From assembly GCA_019694735.1 (NCBI GenBank), contig JAIBBJ010000199.1, positions 16,661 to 80,660 on the forward strand: a stretch of DNA of 64,000 bases, written 5' to 3'. The notes under the pieces were generated by a model. The model saw only the letters and a list, made by a program, of their open reading frames with translations. It searched no databases and was not told where the DNA came from. Shown here piece by piece: positions 1-9,374 of this stretch (its first letter is position 1; each line of letters begins with the position of its first letter). The stretch comes from Gemmatimonadaceae bacterium (GTDB lineage: Bacteria > Gemmatimonadota > Gemmatimonadetes > Gemmatimonadales > Gemmatimonadaceae). Both the position numbers and the translations under genes were made by a program.

Positions 1-285
1 GCCGGCCACCAGCGCGGCCGTGCCCAGGCCCTTCCGGCGCAGCGCGTCGAAGAACGCGGGGCCGCTGGCGAGGCCGACGGTGTAGACGAAGAGGACCAGC
101 CCGAGCTGTGCGACCGTGTCCGGCAGCCGCAGTGCCGGGTCGGCCGCGCCGAACGCGAGCCCGGTGAACAGCACCGCCGACACGCCGAGCTGCGTGCGGC
201 CCAGCCGCAGCCGACCGAGCGGATAGCCGATCGCCGCGATCAGGAAGAGCAGCAGCAGCGGCGAGGAGGCGAGGACGGTGCGCAC
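1..285 (-). CDS. AAE (YidE/YbjL) family aspartate:alanine exchanger-like transporter, 5' part only (runs off window start)
   Basis: Manual translation from GTG at 285: VRTVLASSPLLLLFLIAAIGYPLGRLRLGRTQLGVSAVLFTGLAFG...LGLVLFVYTVGLASGPAFFDALRRKG, the characteristic YidE/AspT N-terminus; not in the ORF track. Confidence 0.8.
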   Translation of the reverse strand, partial: MRTVLASSPLLLLFLIAAIGYPLGRLRLGRTQLGVSAVLFTGLAFGAADPALRLPDTVAQLGLVLFVYTVGLASGPAFFDALRRKGLGTAALVAG

Positions 286-369
286 GCGACCAATCTACGT
301 GCCGCGCCCGGTGCATCCTGTCAGGGACGCACCGGGCGCGATGTCAGCGAACGGGGCGGGGCCGCCGCG

Positions 370-1515
370 CTACGCCAGCACGCGCCGGAACACCTCGGTC
401 GCCTGCCGCATCTCCTCCAGCGTCCCGATCGAGACACGCAGCCAGTTCGTGAGTGGCGGGAACGGCCGGCCGACGGCGATGCCGTTCGCCCGGCACGCCA
501 TCCGCACGGGCTGCGGGTCGCGGCGCAGGTCGATCATAAGGAAGTTCGTGTCGCTCGGCCCGACCCGGTATCCGGCGCCCTCGAAGAACGCCCGCGTGAA
601 CGCCTTCGCCTCGCGGTTCGCGCGCTGCTCGGCCTCGATGTGCGCGCGGTCCTCGACGGTGGCCGTCGCGGCGGCGAGGGCGAGCACGCTGACGCTCGAG
701 CCGAGGCGCCACTTCTGCAGCGTCGCCGCGGTGTCGCGGTGCGCGATCGCGTAGCCGCAGCGCAGGCCCGCCATCCCGAACACCTTCGAGAAGGTGCGCG
801 AGACGACGACCATCGGGTCCTCGACCGCGATCGGCACGGCGGAGCGGTACGCGGGGTCGTCGACGTACTCGTGGTACGCCTCGTCCACGAGGATGGTCGT
901 CGCGGGGGAGGTCCGCCGCACCTGGCCGAGGAAGGCGCGCACGGCGGCCTCGCCGTGCACCGTCGCGGTCGGGTTGTTCGGGTTGCAGAAGAAGACGAGC
1001 CCCGCGCCGGCTGCGCGTGCGCCCATGGCGTCGAGGTCGAGCCGGAGCGCGGCGTCCACCGGCACGGTCACCACCGGATGCCCGAGCAGCTGCGCGAACT
1101 CGGCCGGCGGCTCGAACGTCGGCGCGGCGGTCACCAGCGCACGCTGCGGGCCGGTGAAGGCCTCGACGCACATCCGCAGGATCTCGCTCGAGCCTGCGCC
1201 GAGCACGACGTTCTCGGCGCCGACCCCGTGCGCCCGCGCGACCGCCGCGACGAGCACCTCCTCCGCCGCGTCGGGATACCGGTTCGCCTCGCCGAGCATG
1301 CCGGTGAGCGCCGCGAGGGCGCGCGCGCCCGGACCGTTCGGGTTCTCGTTCGAGTCGAGCCGGATGAGCCCCGCCTCCGCCGCGGCGGCCGGGCGCCAGC
1401 GGGCGGGTCCCGCTTCGCGGCCCCGCGCCGCGAGGGCGGGGAACGCCGGTGCCGCGAGGAGCCCGGCGCCACCGAGGCCGAGGGACGACACGAACTGCCG
1501 ACGGGAGACGGGCAT
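370..1515 (-). CDS. Tat-exported PLP-dependent class I/II aminotransferase (HisC/PtaA-like)
   Basis: SRRQF twin-arginine signal; LDSNENPNG, CNPNNPT, VDEAY and SRTFSKVFGMAGLRCGY (PLP lysine) motifs. Confidence 0.85.
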   Translation of the reverse strand: MPVSRRQFVSSLGLGGAGLLAAPAFPALAARGREAGPARWRPAAAAEAGLIRLDSNENPNGPGARALAALTGMLGEANRYPDAAEEVLVAAVARAHGVGAENVVLGAGSSEILRMCVEAFTGPQRALVTAAPTFEPPAEFAQLLGHPVVTVPVDAALRLDLDAMGARAAGAGLVFFCNPNNPTATVHGEAAVRAFLGQVRRTSPATTILVDEAYHEYVDDPAYRSAVPIAVEDPMVVVSRTFSKVFGMAGLRCGYAIAHRDTAATLQKWRLGSSVSVLALAAATATVEDRAHIEAEQRANREAKAFTRAFFEGAGYRVGPSDTNFLMIDLRRDPQPVRMACRANGIAVGRPFPPLTNWLRVSIGTLEEMRQATEVFRRVLA

Positions 1516-1548
1516 CACGCGCTCCGGGAGGGGAGGGACGCCGCGAAG

Positions 1549-2718
1549 CTATCGCCGGCCCGGCTCCGCCGCGAGCGTGGGCGGCCCATCGTACGGCGTG
1601 CGCAGGAGCTGCGTCATCGCCGGGACGTAGAACTGCCAGAAGGCGTTCTGGCCGTCCACGCGGAACGGGTTGTCCTCGAAGCGCGTGCGGATCCAGCCGA
1701 GCCCGGCGAACCGGTAGGGGCCCGGGTCGAAGTCCGTGTCCGAGAGGTCGGCCGCGAGGTAGAGCCGGTGCGAGTCGCCCACCACGCGGCGCGTGAGCAT
1801 CGGCACGGACTTCGCGACGCCCGCCGCCGCGAGGACCGAGTCCCGCGCGCGGAGCGGCGGCATCTCGAGCTCGGCCAGCACCTCGGTGCCCGGGTCGGCG
1901 GTGATGATCGGGAACCAGTAGTAGTACGGCGCGCCGCCGCTCGCCGCGGGCACGGCGTCCCGGCCCGCCTCGGTGAGCACGACGTGCGGAGCCGCCGCCC
2001 AGGGCTGGGTCGCCGTCAGGTAGAAGAGCCGGCCATCCTTGTGCACGAGGACCAGCGTCGGGCCGACGGGCAGGGAATCGTTGCCGTAGCGTTCGCGGTG
2101 CAGGCGCGGGAGCCAGAAGGGCACGTCGGTGGTGTCGCGGAGGTCCACGAAGAGCCGGGCGGTCCATCCCGTCCAGTGCACGCCGAGGAGCCCCTCGACC
2201 GTGGCGCGCGCCTCGGGCGGCGTAGGCTCCTCGAGCGCGTTGAACTCGAGGAGGAAGTGGCGGCCGCGGCCGGCGAAGGCGGCGAGGGTGTCGGCGTCGG
2301 GCACGCTGAGGCCGCCGAAGATCCGCTGGGAGTAGTCCATGTGCGCCCGCTCGCGCACGGTGTCGCGCAGGTCGTCCACGTACACGCCGTACGCGTCGCT
2401 CAGCACGATCCAGTCCACCGCCGCGAGGTCCTGCCCGGCGATCGTCCCCGGATGCGCACGGTCGTCCGGGTGATAGCCCACGTGGCTGCCGAGCGGCGTC
2501 CAGTGTCCGCCGTCGGGCGCCCGGTACTTCCGGTGGTTGAGCACCCAGGCGATGCCGCGGTGCTCGCGCGCCGAGAGGAAGGGTACGGTGTAGTCCACGA
2601 GCATCACGCGCTCGCGCTGCCAGGGCAGCTGCTCCCAGATCACGCGGGGCGCCCACCACGGGGCGCTGAGCGCGGCGAGGCTGAGACCGACCATCGCGGC
2701 GACGTTGGCGCGCTTCAT
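1549..2718 (-). CDS. Conserved hypothetical protein with N-terminal membrane anchor
   Basis: ATG at 2718 (MKRANVAAMVGLSLAALSAPWW); normal composition; motifs DYTVP..REHRGIAWVLNH, DAYGVY, EFN, WTGW look like a conserved family. Confidence 0.7.
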   Translation of the reverse strand: MKRANVAAMVGLSLAALSAPWWAPRVIWEQLPWQRERVMLVDYTVPFLSAREHRGIAWVLNHRKYRAPDGGHWTPLGSHVGYHPDDRAHPGTIAGQDLAAVDWIVLSDAYGVYVDDLRDTVRERAHMDYSQRIFGGLSVPDADTLAAFAGRGRHFLLEFNALEEPTPPEARATVEGLLGVHWTGWTARLFVDLRDTTDVPFWLPRLHRERYGNDSLPVGPTLVLVHKDGRLFYLTATQPWAAAPHVVLTEAGRDAVPAASGGAPYYYWFPIITADPGTEVLAELEMPPLRARDSVLAAAGVAKSVPMLTRRVVGDSHRLYLAADLSDTDFDPGPYRFAGLGWIRTRFEDNPFRVDGQNAFWQFYVPAMTQLLRTPYDGPPTLAAEPGRR

Positions 2719-2804
2719 CGGGAACCGGGGAGGGGGGCGGCGGATGCGGCGGAGGGCGCCGCGATGCACCTTTCCCGCGTGCGTCCCCCCGTGCCGTGAA
2801 AGCT

Positions 2805-3257
2805 ATGTCCGCCCCGCCCCCCGCGCCCGACGGCCTGCAGCGGTTCCTCGAGGCGCAGGCCGCCACCTTCGACGCCGCGCTCGCGGAGCTCCGCGCGGGC
2901 GCCAAGCGCTCCCACTGGATGTGGTTCGTGTTCCCGCAGCTCGCGGGCCTCGGACACAGCGACCTGGCGCGCCACTACGCGCTGCGCGACCTCGCGGAGG
3001 CGCGTGCCTACCTCGCACACCCGGTGCTCGGGGCGCGCCTCGCCGACGCCATGCACGCCGTGCTCGCCCACGACGGGCGCACGGCGCTGGATCTCCTCGG
3101 GGCGCCGGACGACCTCAAGCTGCATTCGTGCGCGTCGCTGTTCGCGCTCGTCTCGCCGCCCGGGTCGGTCTTCCACCAGGTCCTCGCGCGCTTCTTCGAC
3201 GGCGCGGTGGACGAGGCGACCCTGCGGCTGCTGGGATTCGGCGCACTCGATCCCTGA
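2805..3257 (+). CDS. DUF1810 family protein
   Basis: LQRFLEAQ...ELRAGAKRSHWMWFVFPQLAGLG...EARAYLAHPVLGARL...DDLKLHSCASLF signature. Confidence 0.85.
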   Translation: MSAPPPAPDGLQRFLEAQAATFDAALAELRAGAKRSHWMWFVFPQLAGLGHSDLARHYALRDLAEARAYLAHPVLGARLADAMHAVLAHDGRTALDLLGAPDDLKLHSCASLFALVSPPGSVFHQVLARFFDGAVDEATLRLLGFGALDP

Positions 3258-3348
3258 GCGGCGCGCGGCTGGCACAACGCCAGCGGCCCTGCCTACGTTC
3301 AGGCGTCGGGGCGGACCGCCCCGCCCGCGACCTCCCACTCCCACGGTC

Positions 3349-6300
3349 ATGATGCCCTCCCTCCGCCTCCACCGGGCGCTGCCCGGCCTCCTGCTGGCGC
3401 TGCCCCTGGCGCTGTCCCTCGTGCCGCCGCGCGCCCTCGGCGCGCAGGGCCCGGGCGCCCCGCTCGACTCCGCGCTGCTCAGCCAGTTCCGCTGGCGCAA
3501 CATCGGTCCCGATCGCGGCGGCCGCTCGATCGCCGTGAGCGGCGTCCGCGGACGGAAGCAGGAGGCGTACTTCGGGGCCGTCGGCGGGGGGCTGTGGAAG
3601 ACGATGGACGGTGGCGAGACCTGGTTCCCGGTCACCGACGGCCAGATCACGTCGGCCTCGGTCGGCGCGGTGGCGGTGAGCGAGTCGAACCCCGACGTGG
3701 TGTACATCGGCACCGGCGAGTCGGCGATCCGCGGCAACATCATGCCGGGCGACGGCCTCTACAAGTCGACCGACGCCGGCCGCACCTGGGCGCACGTCGG
3801 CTTCCGCGGCGTGGACGCGATCTCGAAGATCCGCATCCACCCGACCGATCCCGACATCGTGTACGCGGCGGTGTTCGGCCAGTACAGCGTGCCGAGCGAG
3901 GAGCGCGGCATCTACAAGAGCACCGACGGCGGGCGCTCGTGGCGCCGCGTGCTCTTCCGCGATCCGCGCTCCGGCGGCGTGGACATCGCGATCGACCGCA
4001 CCAACCCGAACGTGCTGTATGCGGCGCTGTGGGAGGCGTTCCGCAAGGAGTGGACGATGTCGTCGGGCGGCCCGGGCTCCGGGTTGTTCAAGAGCACCGA
4101 CGGCGGCGAGACGTGGACCGAGATCACGCGCCGGCCGGGGCTGCCGTCCGGTCTCGTCGGCAAGATCGGCGTCGCGCTCTCGGCGGCGAACCCGAACCGC
4201 GTGTACGCGCTGGTCGAGAACGAGAACGGCGGCCTCTTCAAGAGCGACGACGCCGGCGCGACGTGGACGGTGATGAACCAGGACCGGAACATCCGCCAGC
4301 GCGCCTTCTATTACACGCACCTCTTCGCCGACCACCAGAACGCCGACGTCGTGTACATCCAGAACGTCTCGTTCTACCGCTCGGCGGATGCCGGCAAGAC
4401 CATCACCAGCATCGGCAACGGCACGCACGGCGACTTCCACGACCTGTGGATCGACCCGGACGACCCGGCCCACCTCGTGGTCGGCAACGACGGCGGCGGC
4501 GCGGTCACCACGACGACCGGCCGCGCGTGGACCGCGCAGGACTTCCCGACCGCGCAGTTCTACCGGGTGATCACCACGGCGCACATCCCGTTCCACGTGT
4601 GCGGCTCGCAGCAGGACAACAGCACGGCGTGCACCCCGTTCAACTGGAACCGCGGGGGCGGTGGCGTCGGCGGCGGGCCCGGCCAGTTCGCCGGCGAACG
4701 CGGCGGCGCGGCCGGCGCCGGCGGGCCGGGGGCGGGCTACCGCGACCCGACCGCGGGGAGCATGGACCTCAGCTATGTCGCCGGCGGCGGCGAGCCCGGC
4801 TACATCGCCGCCGATCCGCTCGAGCCCGACCTCTTCTACTCGGGGACGAACAACGGCGGCTACGTGGACAAGTTCAACCGCCGCACCGGCCTCTCGCGCG
4901 AGGTGAACCCGTACCCGTGGTTCTACTCGGGCGAACCGTCGCGCGACATCCGCGAGCGGTGGCAGTGGACCTTCCCGATCATCTTCTCGAAGGCCGACCC
5001 CAAGCGGCTCTACGTCAGCTCGCAGCGTCTCTGGATGACGCGCGACGGCGGCGCCACCTGGGAGAACCTCTCGGGTGACCTCACGCGGCACGCGCCGGAG
5101 ACGCAGGGCCCCTCGGGCGGTCCGATCACCGGCGACATGAACGGCCCCGAGGTGTACGGCGTGCTGTTCGCCGTCGCGCCGGGCAAGCGGAACGTGGACG
5201 TGATCTGGGTGGGCTCGGATGACGGGCTCGTGCACGTCACGCGCGATGGCGGGAAGTCGTGGACGAACGTGACGCCGCCTGACATGCCGGACTTCGGGCG
5301 CGTGAGCATGATCGACGGCTCGTCGTTCGACGACGGCACGGCGTACGTCTCGGTGCGCCGTCCGCTGCTGAACGACCGCGCGCCGCACCTCTGGCGCACG
5401 CGTGACTACGGCCGCACCTGGACCCGCATCGTCACCGGCATCCGCGCCGACGACTACATGCATGCCATCCGCGAGGACCCCGCGCGCCGCGGGCTGCTCT
5501 ACGCGGCCGGGCAGCACGGCGTCTACGTCAGCTACGACGACGGCGACCACTGGCAGTCGCTGCGCCTCAACCTGCCCGACGTGCCGGTCTCGGATCTCGT
5601 CGTCGAGCAGAACGAGCTGGTGATCGCGACCCACGGGCGCAGCTTCTGGGTGCTCGACAACATCGCGCCGCTCCGCCAGTACGCGCCGGCGGTGGTCGCG
5701 GCGGGGGCGCACCTCTTCACGCCGCCGGCCGCGATCCGCAGCGGGCTCCCGGTGACGCTCACCTGGCGCTTCGCGGCCGCGCCGCGGCGCGCCGCGCTCG
5801 AGATCGTGGCCGCCGCCGGCGCCGTGCTGCGGCGCTGGGAGACCGATACGAACCGCACCGCGCCCGGCGCGGGGGCGCCCGCCGGCGGACGCCGGCGCGG
5901 CGGCGGCGCCGCGTTCATCCCCGCCAACGCGGGCCTCAACCGGTTCGACTGGGACCTGCGCACCACGCCGATCGCGAGCTTCCCGGGGATGATCCTGTGG
6001 GGCGCCGGCACCGCCGGACCGGCCGTTCCGCCGGGCACCTACACCGTGCGCCTCACCGTCGACGGCCAGCGGCACGAGGCGCCGCTCGTGGTGAAGCGCC
6101 ATCCGCTCCTCCCCGAGGTGACGGACGCCGACCTGCACGCGCAGTACCAGTTCGGCCGGATGGTGCGGGACCGCGCCAACGACGCGAACCTCCGCGTGAT
6201 CGAGATCCGGCGCGTGAAGGCCCAGCTCGAGGACCGCACCAAGCGCAGCAACAACGACCGCCGGCTCGCCACGGCCGGCCGGACGCTCACGACCAACGCA

Positions 6301-6609
6301 TCCGACGTCGAGGACGACATCTACCAGGTGAAGAACCAGAGCGGGCAGGACCCGCTCAACTTCCCGATCCGCGTCAACAACCGGCTCGCCAACCTGCTCT
6401 CGATGGCCGAGCGTGGCGATGGCCGGCCGACGACGTACATGCCGGAGATCTTCGGGATCCTCGACACCGAGCTGAAGGGGTATGAGGTGAAGCTGCAGCA
6501 GGTGTGGGCGCGGGACCTCGCCGCGGCCAACCGGGAGCTGGCACGGCTCGGGCTCCCGCCCCTCGACCCCAAGTGCGAGAAGGTGGACGGCTGCGCCCCG
6601 ATCCCGTGA
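3349..6609 (+). CDS. Secreted Vps10/sortilin-like BNR (Asp-box) repeat beta-propeller glycosyl hydrolase-like protein
   Basis: Signal peptide; WRNIGPDRGGRS start; many S/TxDGGxTW Asp-boxes; C-terminal helical region; real start at ATG 3349, not 3004. Confidence 0.85.
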   Translation: MMPSLRLHRALPGLLLALPLALSLVPPRALGAQGPGAPLDSALLSQFRWRNIGPDRGGRSIAVSGVRGRKQEAYFGAVGGGLWKTMDGGETWFPVTDGQITSASVGAVAVSESNPDVVYIGTGESAIRGNIMPGDGLYKSTDAGRTWAHVGFRGVDAISKIRIHPTDPDIVYAAVFGQYSVPSEERGIYKSTDGGRSWRRVLFRDPRSGGVDIAIDRTNPNVLYAALWEAFRKEWTMSSGGPGSGLFKSTDGGETWTEITRRPGLPSGLVGKIGVALSAANPNRVYALVENENGGLFKSDDAGATWTVMNQDRNIRQRAFYYTHLFADHQNADVVYIQNVSFYRSADAGKTITSIGNGTHGDFHDLWIDPDDPAHLVVGNDGGGAVTTTTGRAWTAQDFPTAQFYRVITTAHIPFHVCGSQQDNSTACTPFNWNRGGGGVGGGPGQFAGERGGAAGAGGPGAGYRDPTAGSMDLSYVAGGGEPGYIAADPLEPDLFYSGTNNGGYVDKFNRRTGLSREVNPYPWFYSGEPSRDIRERWQWTFPIIFSKADPKRLYVSSQRLWMTRDGGATWENLSGDLTRHAPETQGPSGGPITGDMNGPEVYGVLFAVAPGKRNVDVIWVGSDDGLVHVTRDGGKSWTNVTPPDMPDFGRVSMIDGSSFDDGTAYVSVRRPLLNDRAPHLWRTRDYGRTWTRIVTGIRADDYMHAIREDPARRGLLYAAGQHGVYVSYDDGDHWQSLRLNLPDVPVSDLVVEQNELVIATHGRSFWVLDNIAPLRQYAPAVVAAGAHLFTPPAAIRSGLPVTLTWRFAAAPRRAALEIVAAAGAVLRRWETDTNRTAPGAGAPAGGRRRGGGAAFIPANAGLNRFDWDLRTTPIASFPGMILWGAGTAGPAVPPGTYTVRLTVDGQRHEAPLVVKRHPLLPEVTDADLHAQYQFGRMVRDRANDANLRVIEIRRVKAQLEDRTKRSNNDRRLATAGRTLTTNASDVEDDIYQVKNQSGQDPLNFPIRVNNRLANLLSMAERGDGRPTTYMPEIFGILDTELKGYEVKLQQVWARDLAAANRELARLGLPPLDPKCEKVDGCAPIP

Positions 6610-6644
6610 GCGCAGGCGGGGCCGGGGAGGGACGCCGTGCGGCG

Positions 6645-8387
6645 GTGATCGTCGCGATCACCGCCGCGTGGACCGCGGTGTACGCACTCGCGACCCTCGC
6701 CCTGCCGGCGGCGATGCCGGCCCGGGCCGTCGCGACGGATGTGCTGTTCCTCCCGGGCCACGCACTCGCCGCGTGGGCCCTGCGGCAGGCCTGGCGGGCG
6801 CAGGCCCGCGAGTCGCCGTCCTGGCACGGATTCGGCGCGCTCTGGCTGTCGCAGGTCATCGGGGTCGCGAACTCCTTCATCTGGATCGCGACGAGCGCCG
6901 GGGTGCTGCCGCAGAACTCGGTGGCGTACCAGGCCATCGGCGTCGTCACGACGCTCCTCACGCTCTACGGCGTCGCGCGGCTCGTCCCGTTCCGCCGCCC
7001 GGGGGCGGCGACGGTCCCCTGGCTCGACATCGCGCTGCTCGCCCTCGCCAGCATCTCGATCGGCTGGTACTTCGTCGGCTGGCCGCTGCTGCGCAGCGGC
7101 GGGGAGAGCACCCCGGATTTCGCCTGGTGGGCGATCATCACGACCGCCGACACCTTCGCCGCGCTCCTCTTCGTGGCGGCGTGGACGTACCCGTCCGAGC
7201 GGCTCTCGACCACGGCGGCGGCGTGGCTCGGGTCCTCGTTCTTCATCTCGGCGTGGGGCGACGTCTACATCGAGACCGGCAGCGTCGACGGCACGTACGT
7301 CAGCGGCGGGCCGGTCGACATCCTCTTCGCCCTCACCATCCTCGTCACCACCGTCGGCGCGTGGCACGAGGTGCAACGGCGGCGCGCCAGCGCCCCGGAG
7401 CGGGACGTCCCGCAGCGCCGGATGCTGGTCGGCCGGGCGGTCACGCCCCTCATCGCGACCGCCGCCGTCCTCGCCCCGGTGCTCGTCGGGCTCGCCCGCG
7501 GCGACGGACGTGCCGCGTTCTACGTGCCGGTCGCGCTCAACATCGCGTTCCTGCTCACGCTGCAGTGGCGCCAGCTGCAGCTCGAACGCGAGATCGCGCG
7601 CACGCTCGCCGAGCGCTTCGGCCTCGAGCGCGACCTCGCGCTCGCCCAGCAGTTCGAGTCGCTCGGCCGCTACGCGGGCGCCATCGCCCACGACTTCAAC
7701 AATGTGCTCTCCGGCATCAAGGGCCACCTCCAGCTCGTGCGCATGGGGATGGTCCCCCCGGGCGAGATGGGGCCCGTGCTCGCGACGATGGAGGACGCGG
7801 TCGAGCGCGGCGTCACGCTCAACCGCCGCCTCGTCGGGCTGGTGCGCGGCACGTCCGTCGCGCCGGAGCCGGTGGACCTCGCCGCCCTCGTCCGCTCCGT
7901 GATCGCCTCGGTGCGGCCGGTGATGCCGCCCGGCCTCGCGCTCGAGCTCTCGCTGCCCCGCACCCCGGCCGTCACCGAGCTCCGCCCCGGGGACGCGGAC
8001 CAGCTGCTGCTCAACCTGCTCATCAACGCGCGCGATGCGATGCCGGAGGGCGGTCGCCTCGACGTGCGGGTCCGGGTCGAGGATGCGCAGGTCGTGCTCG
8101 AGGTCGAGGATGCGGGGACCGGCATCCCCGCCGCGATCCGTGACCGCATCTTCGAGCCCCTGTTCACCACGAAGGGCGCCCAGCGCGGCACCGGGCTCGG
8201 CCTCGCGACCGTGCAGGCCGTCGTGAAGGCGGCTCGCGGCACGATCGACGTGTGGAGCGAGGAGGGCCGCGGCACCCGCTTCACGGTGCGGCTGCCGCGT
8301 TCGGCGAAGGCACCCAATGCCGCCGCCTCGACCGCGACGATGACGCCGTCGTCACTGCCGGCGGTGCCGGGCGCGCCGCGAGGCTGA
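6645..8387 (+). CDS. Multi-pass membrane sensor histidine kinase
   Basis: About 8 hydrophobic helices, then H-box AGAIAHDFNNVL, N-box QLLLNLLINARDAM, DAGTGI, FEPLFTTK, GTGLGL; GTG start at 6645 is approximate. Confidence 0.85.
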   Translation: MIVAITAAWTAVYALATLALPAAMPARAVATDVLFLPGHALAAWALRQAWRAQARESPSWHGFGALWLSQVIGVANSFIWIATSAGVLPQNSVAYQAIGVVTTLLTLYGVARLVPFRRPGAATVPWLDIALLALASISIGWYFVGWPLLRSGGESTPDFAWWAIITTADTFAALLFVAAWTYPSERLSTTAAAWLGSSFFISAWGDVYIETGSVDGTYVSGGPVDILFALTILVTTVGAWHEVQRRRASAPERDVPQRRMLVGRAVTPLIATAAVLAPVLVGLARGDGRAAFYVPVALNIAFLLTLQWRQLQLEREIARTLAERFGLERDLALAQQFESLGRYAGAIAHDFNNVLSGIKGHLQLVRMGMVPPGEMGPVLATMEDAVERGVTLNRRLVGLVRGTSVAPEPVDLAALVRSVIASVRPVMPPGLALELSLPRTPAVTELRPGDADQLLLNLLINARDAMPEGGRLDVRVRVEDAQVVLEVEDAGTGIPAAIRDRIFEPLFTTKGAQRGTGLGLATVQAVVKAARGTIDVWSEEGRGTRFTVRLPRSAKAPNAAASTATMTPSSLPAVPGAPRG

Positions 8388-8412
8388 GCCGACGGCGGGG
8401 CGTCCACGCCGT

Positions 8413-8450
8413 GTCCGCGCCGCGCCGGCGGGCGGGAGCGCGGCGCGGAC
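8413..8450. terminator. GC-rich inverted repeat between convergent genes (putative terminator)
   Basis: 13-bp arms GTCCGCGCCGCGC / GCGCGGCGCGGAC between the stops at 8387 and 8457. Confidence 0.4.
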
Positions 8451-8456
8451 CCGGCG

Positions 8457-9374
8457 TCAGCCCGCGAAGATCCGCTGCGCCGCCGCCAACGTGGCGATCC
8501 CGTCCGCACGCGGGATGAACTCGTGCGCCACGAACCCGGTGAAGCCGGTCGCCGCGATCGCGCGCGCGATCTTGGGATAGTAGAGCTCCTGGTCCTCATC
8601 GAGCTCGTGGCGGCCCGGCACGCCCGCCGTGTGGTAGTGCGCGATGAAGGGCGCATACGTCTGGATCGTCCGCACGACGTCGCCCTCCATGATCTGCATG
8701 TGGTAGATGTCGTAGAGCAGCTTGAAGCGCCCGCTGCCGAGTCCCTTGGCGACCTCGACGGCCCACGCGGTGCGGTCGGCGTGGTAGTCCTTGTGGTCCA
8801 CCTTCGAGTTCAGCATCTCCATCACCAGCGTCACGCCGTGCCGCTCGGCGGCGGGCAGCAGCCGCTTGAGGCCGGCCACGCAGTTGGCGATCCCCTCGCC
8901 GTCGCCCATGCCGCGGCGGTTGCCGGAGAACACGATCATCTGGCCGATCCCTGCCTGGGCCACGAGCGGCAGGAGCCGCTCGCCCTCGGCGACCAGCTTG
9001 TCGTGCAGGTCGGGGCGGTTCCACCCGTCGGGGATGGGGCCCGGGCCGTTGGCTACCGTGCAGACGAGCCCGTGCCGCTTCGGCACCTCGTACTCGGGCT
9101 CGCTCAGCAGGTCGATGCCCTGCAGGCCGATGCGCTTCGCCTCGGCGCAGAGCGTGTCGAGCGGCATGGACGAGAAGCACCAGCGGGCCACGCTCTGGCG
9201 GTAGCCGGGCGCCGAGCCGGCACCCGGGAGGGCATCGCGTCGCGGGGCGGGCGCGTCCGTTGCCACCCCGCCTTCCTCCGCCCGCGCGAGACCGGGCGTC
9301 AGCGCGCCGGTCGCGGCGAGCGCCCCGGCGCCCGCGAGTCCTGCCTTGATCGCCTGCCGTCGGGTCGGGCTCAC
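8457..9374 (-). CDS. Tat-exported hydroxypyruvate isomerase-like / xylose isomerase-like TIM barrel protein
   Basis: TRRQA Tat signal; YRQSVARWCF, EMLNSKVDHKDY, LYDIYHMQIMEGD, HYHTAGVPGRHE, HEFIP; GTG start overlaps upstream stop (GTGA). Confidence 0.85.
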   Translation of the reverse strand: MSPTRRQAIKAGLAGAGALAATGALTPGLARAEEGGVATDAPAPRRDALPGAGSAPGYRQSVARWCFSSMPLDTLCAEAKRIGLQGIDLLSEPEYEVPKRHGLVCTVANGPGPIPDGWNRPDLHDKLVAEGERLLPLVAQAGIGQMIVFSGNRRGMGDGEGIANCVAGLKRLLPAAERHGVTLVMEMLNSKVDHKDYHADRTAWAVEVAKGLGSGRFKLLYDIYHMQIMEGDVVRTIQTYAPFIAHYHTAGVPGRHELDEDQELYYPKIARAIAATGFTGFVAHEFIPRADGIATLAAAQRIFAG

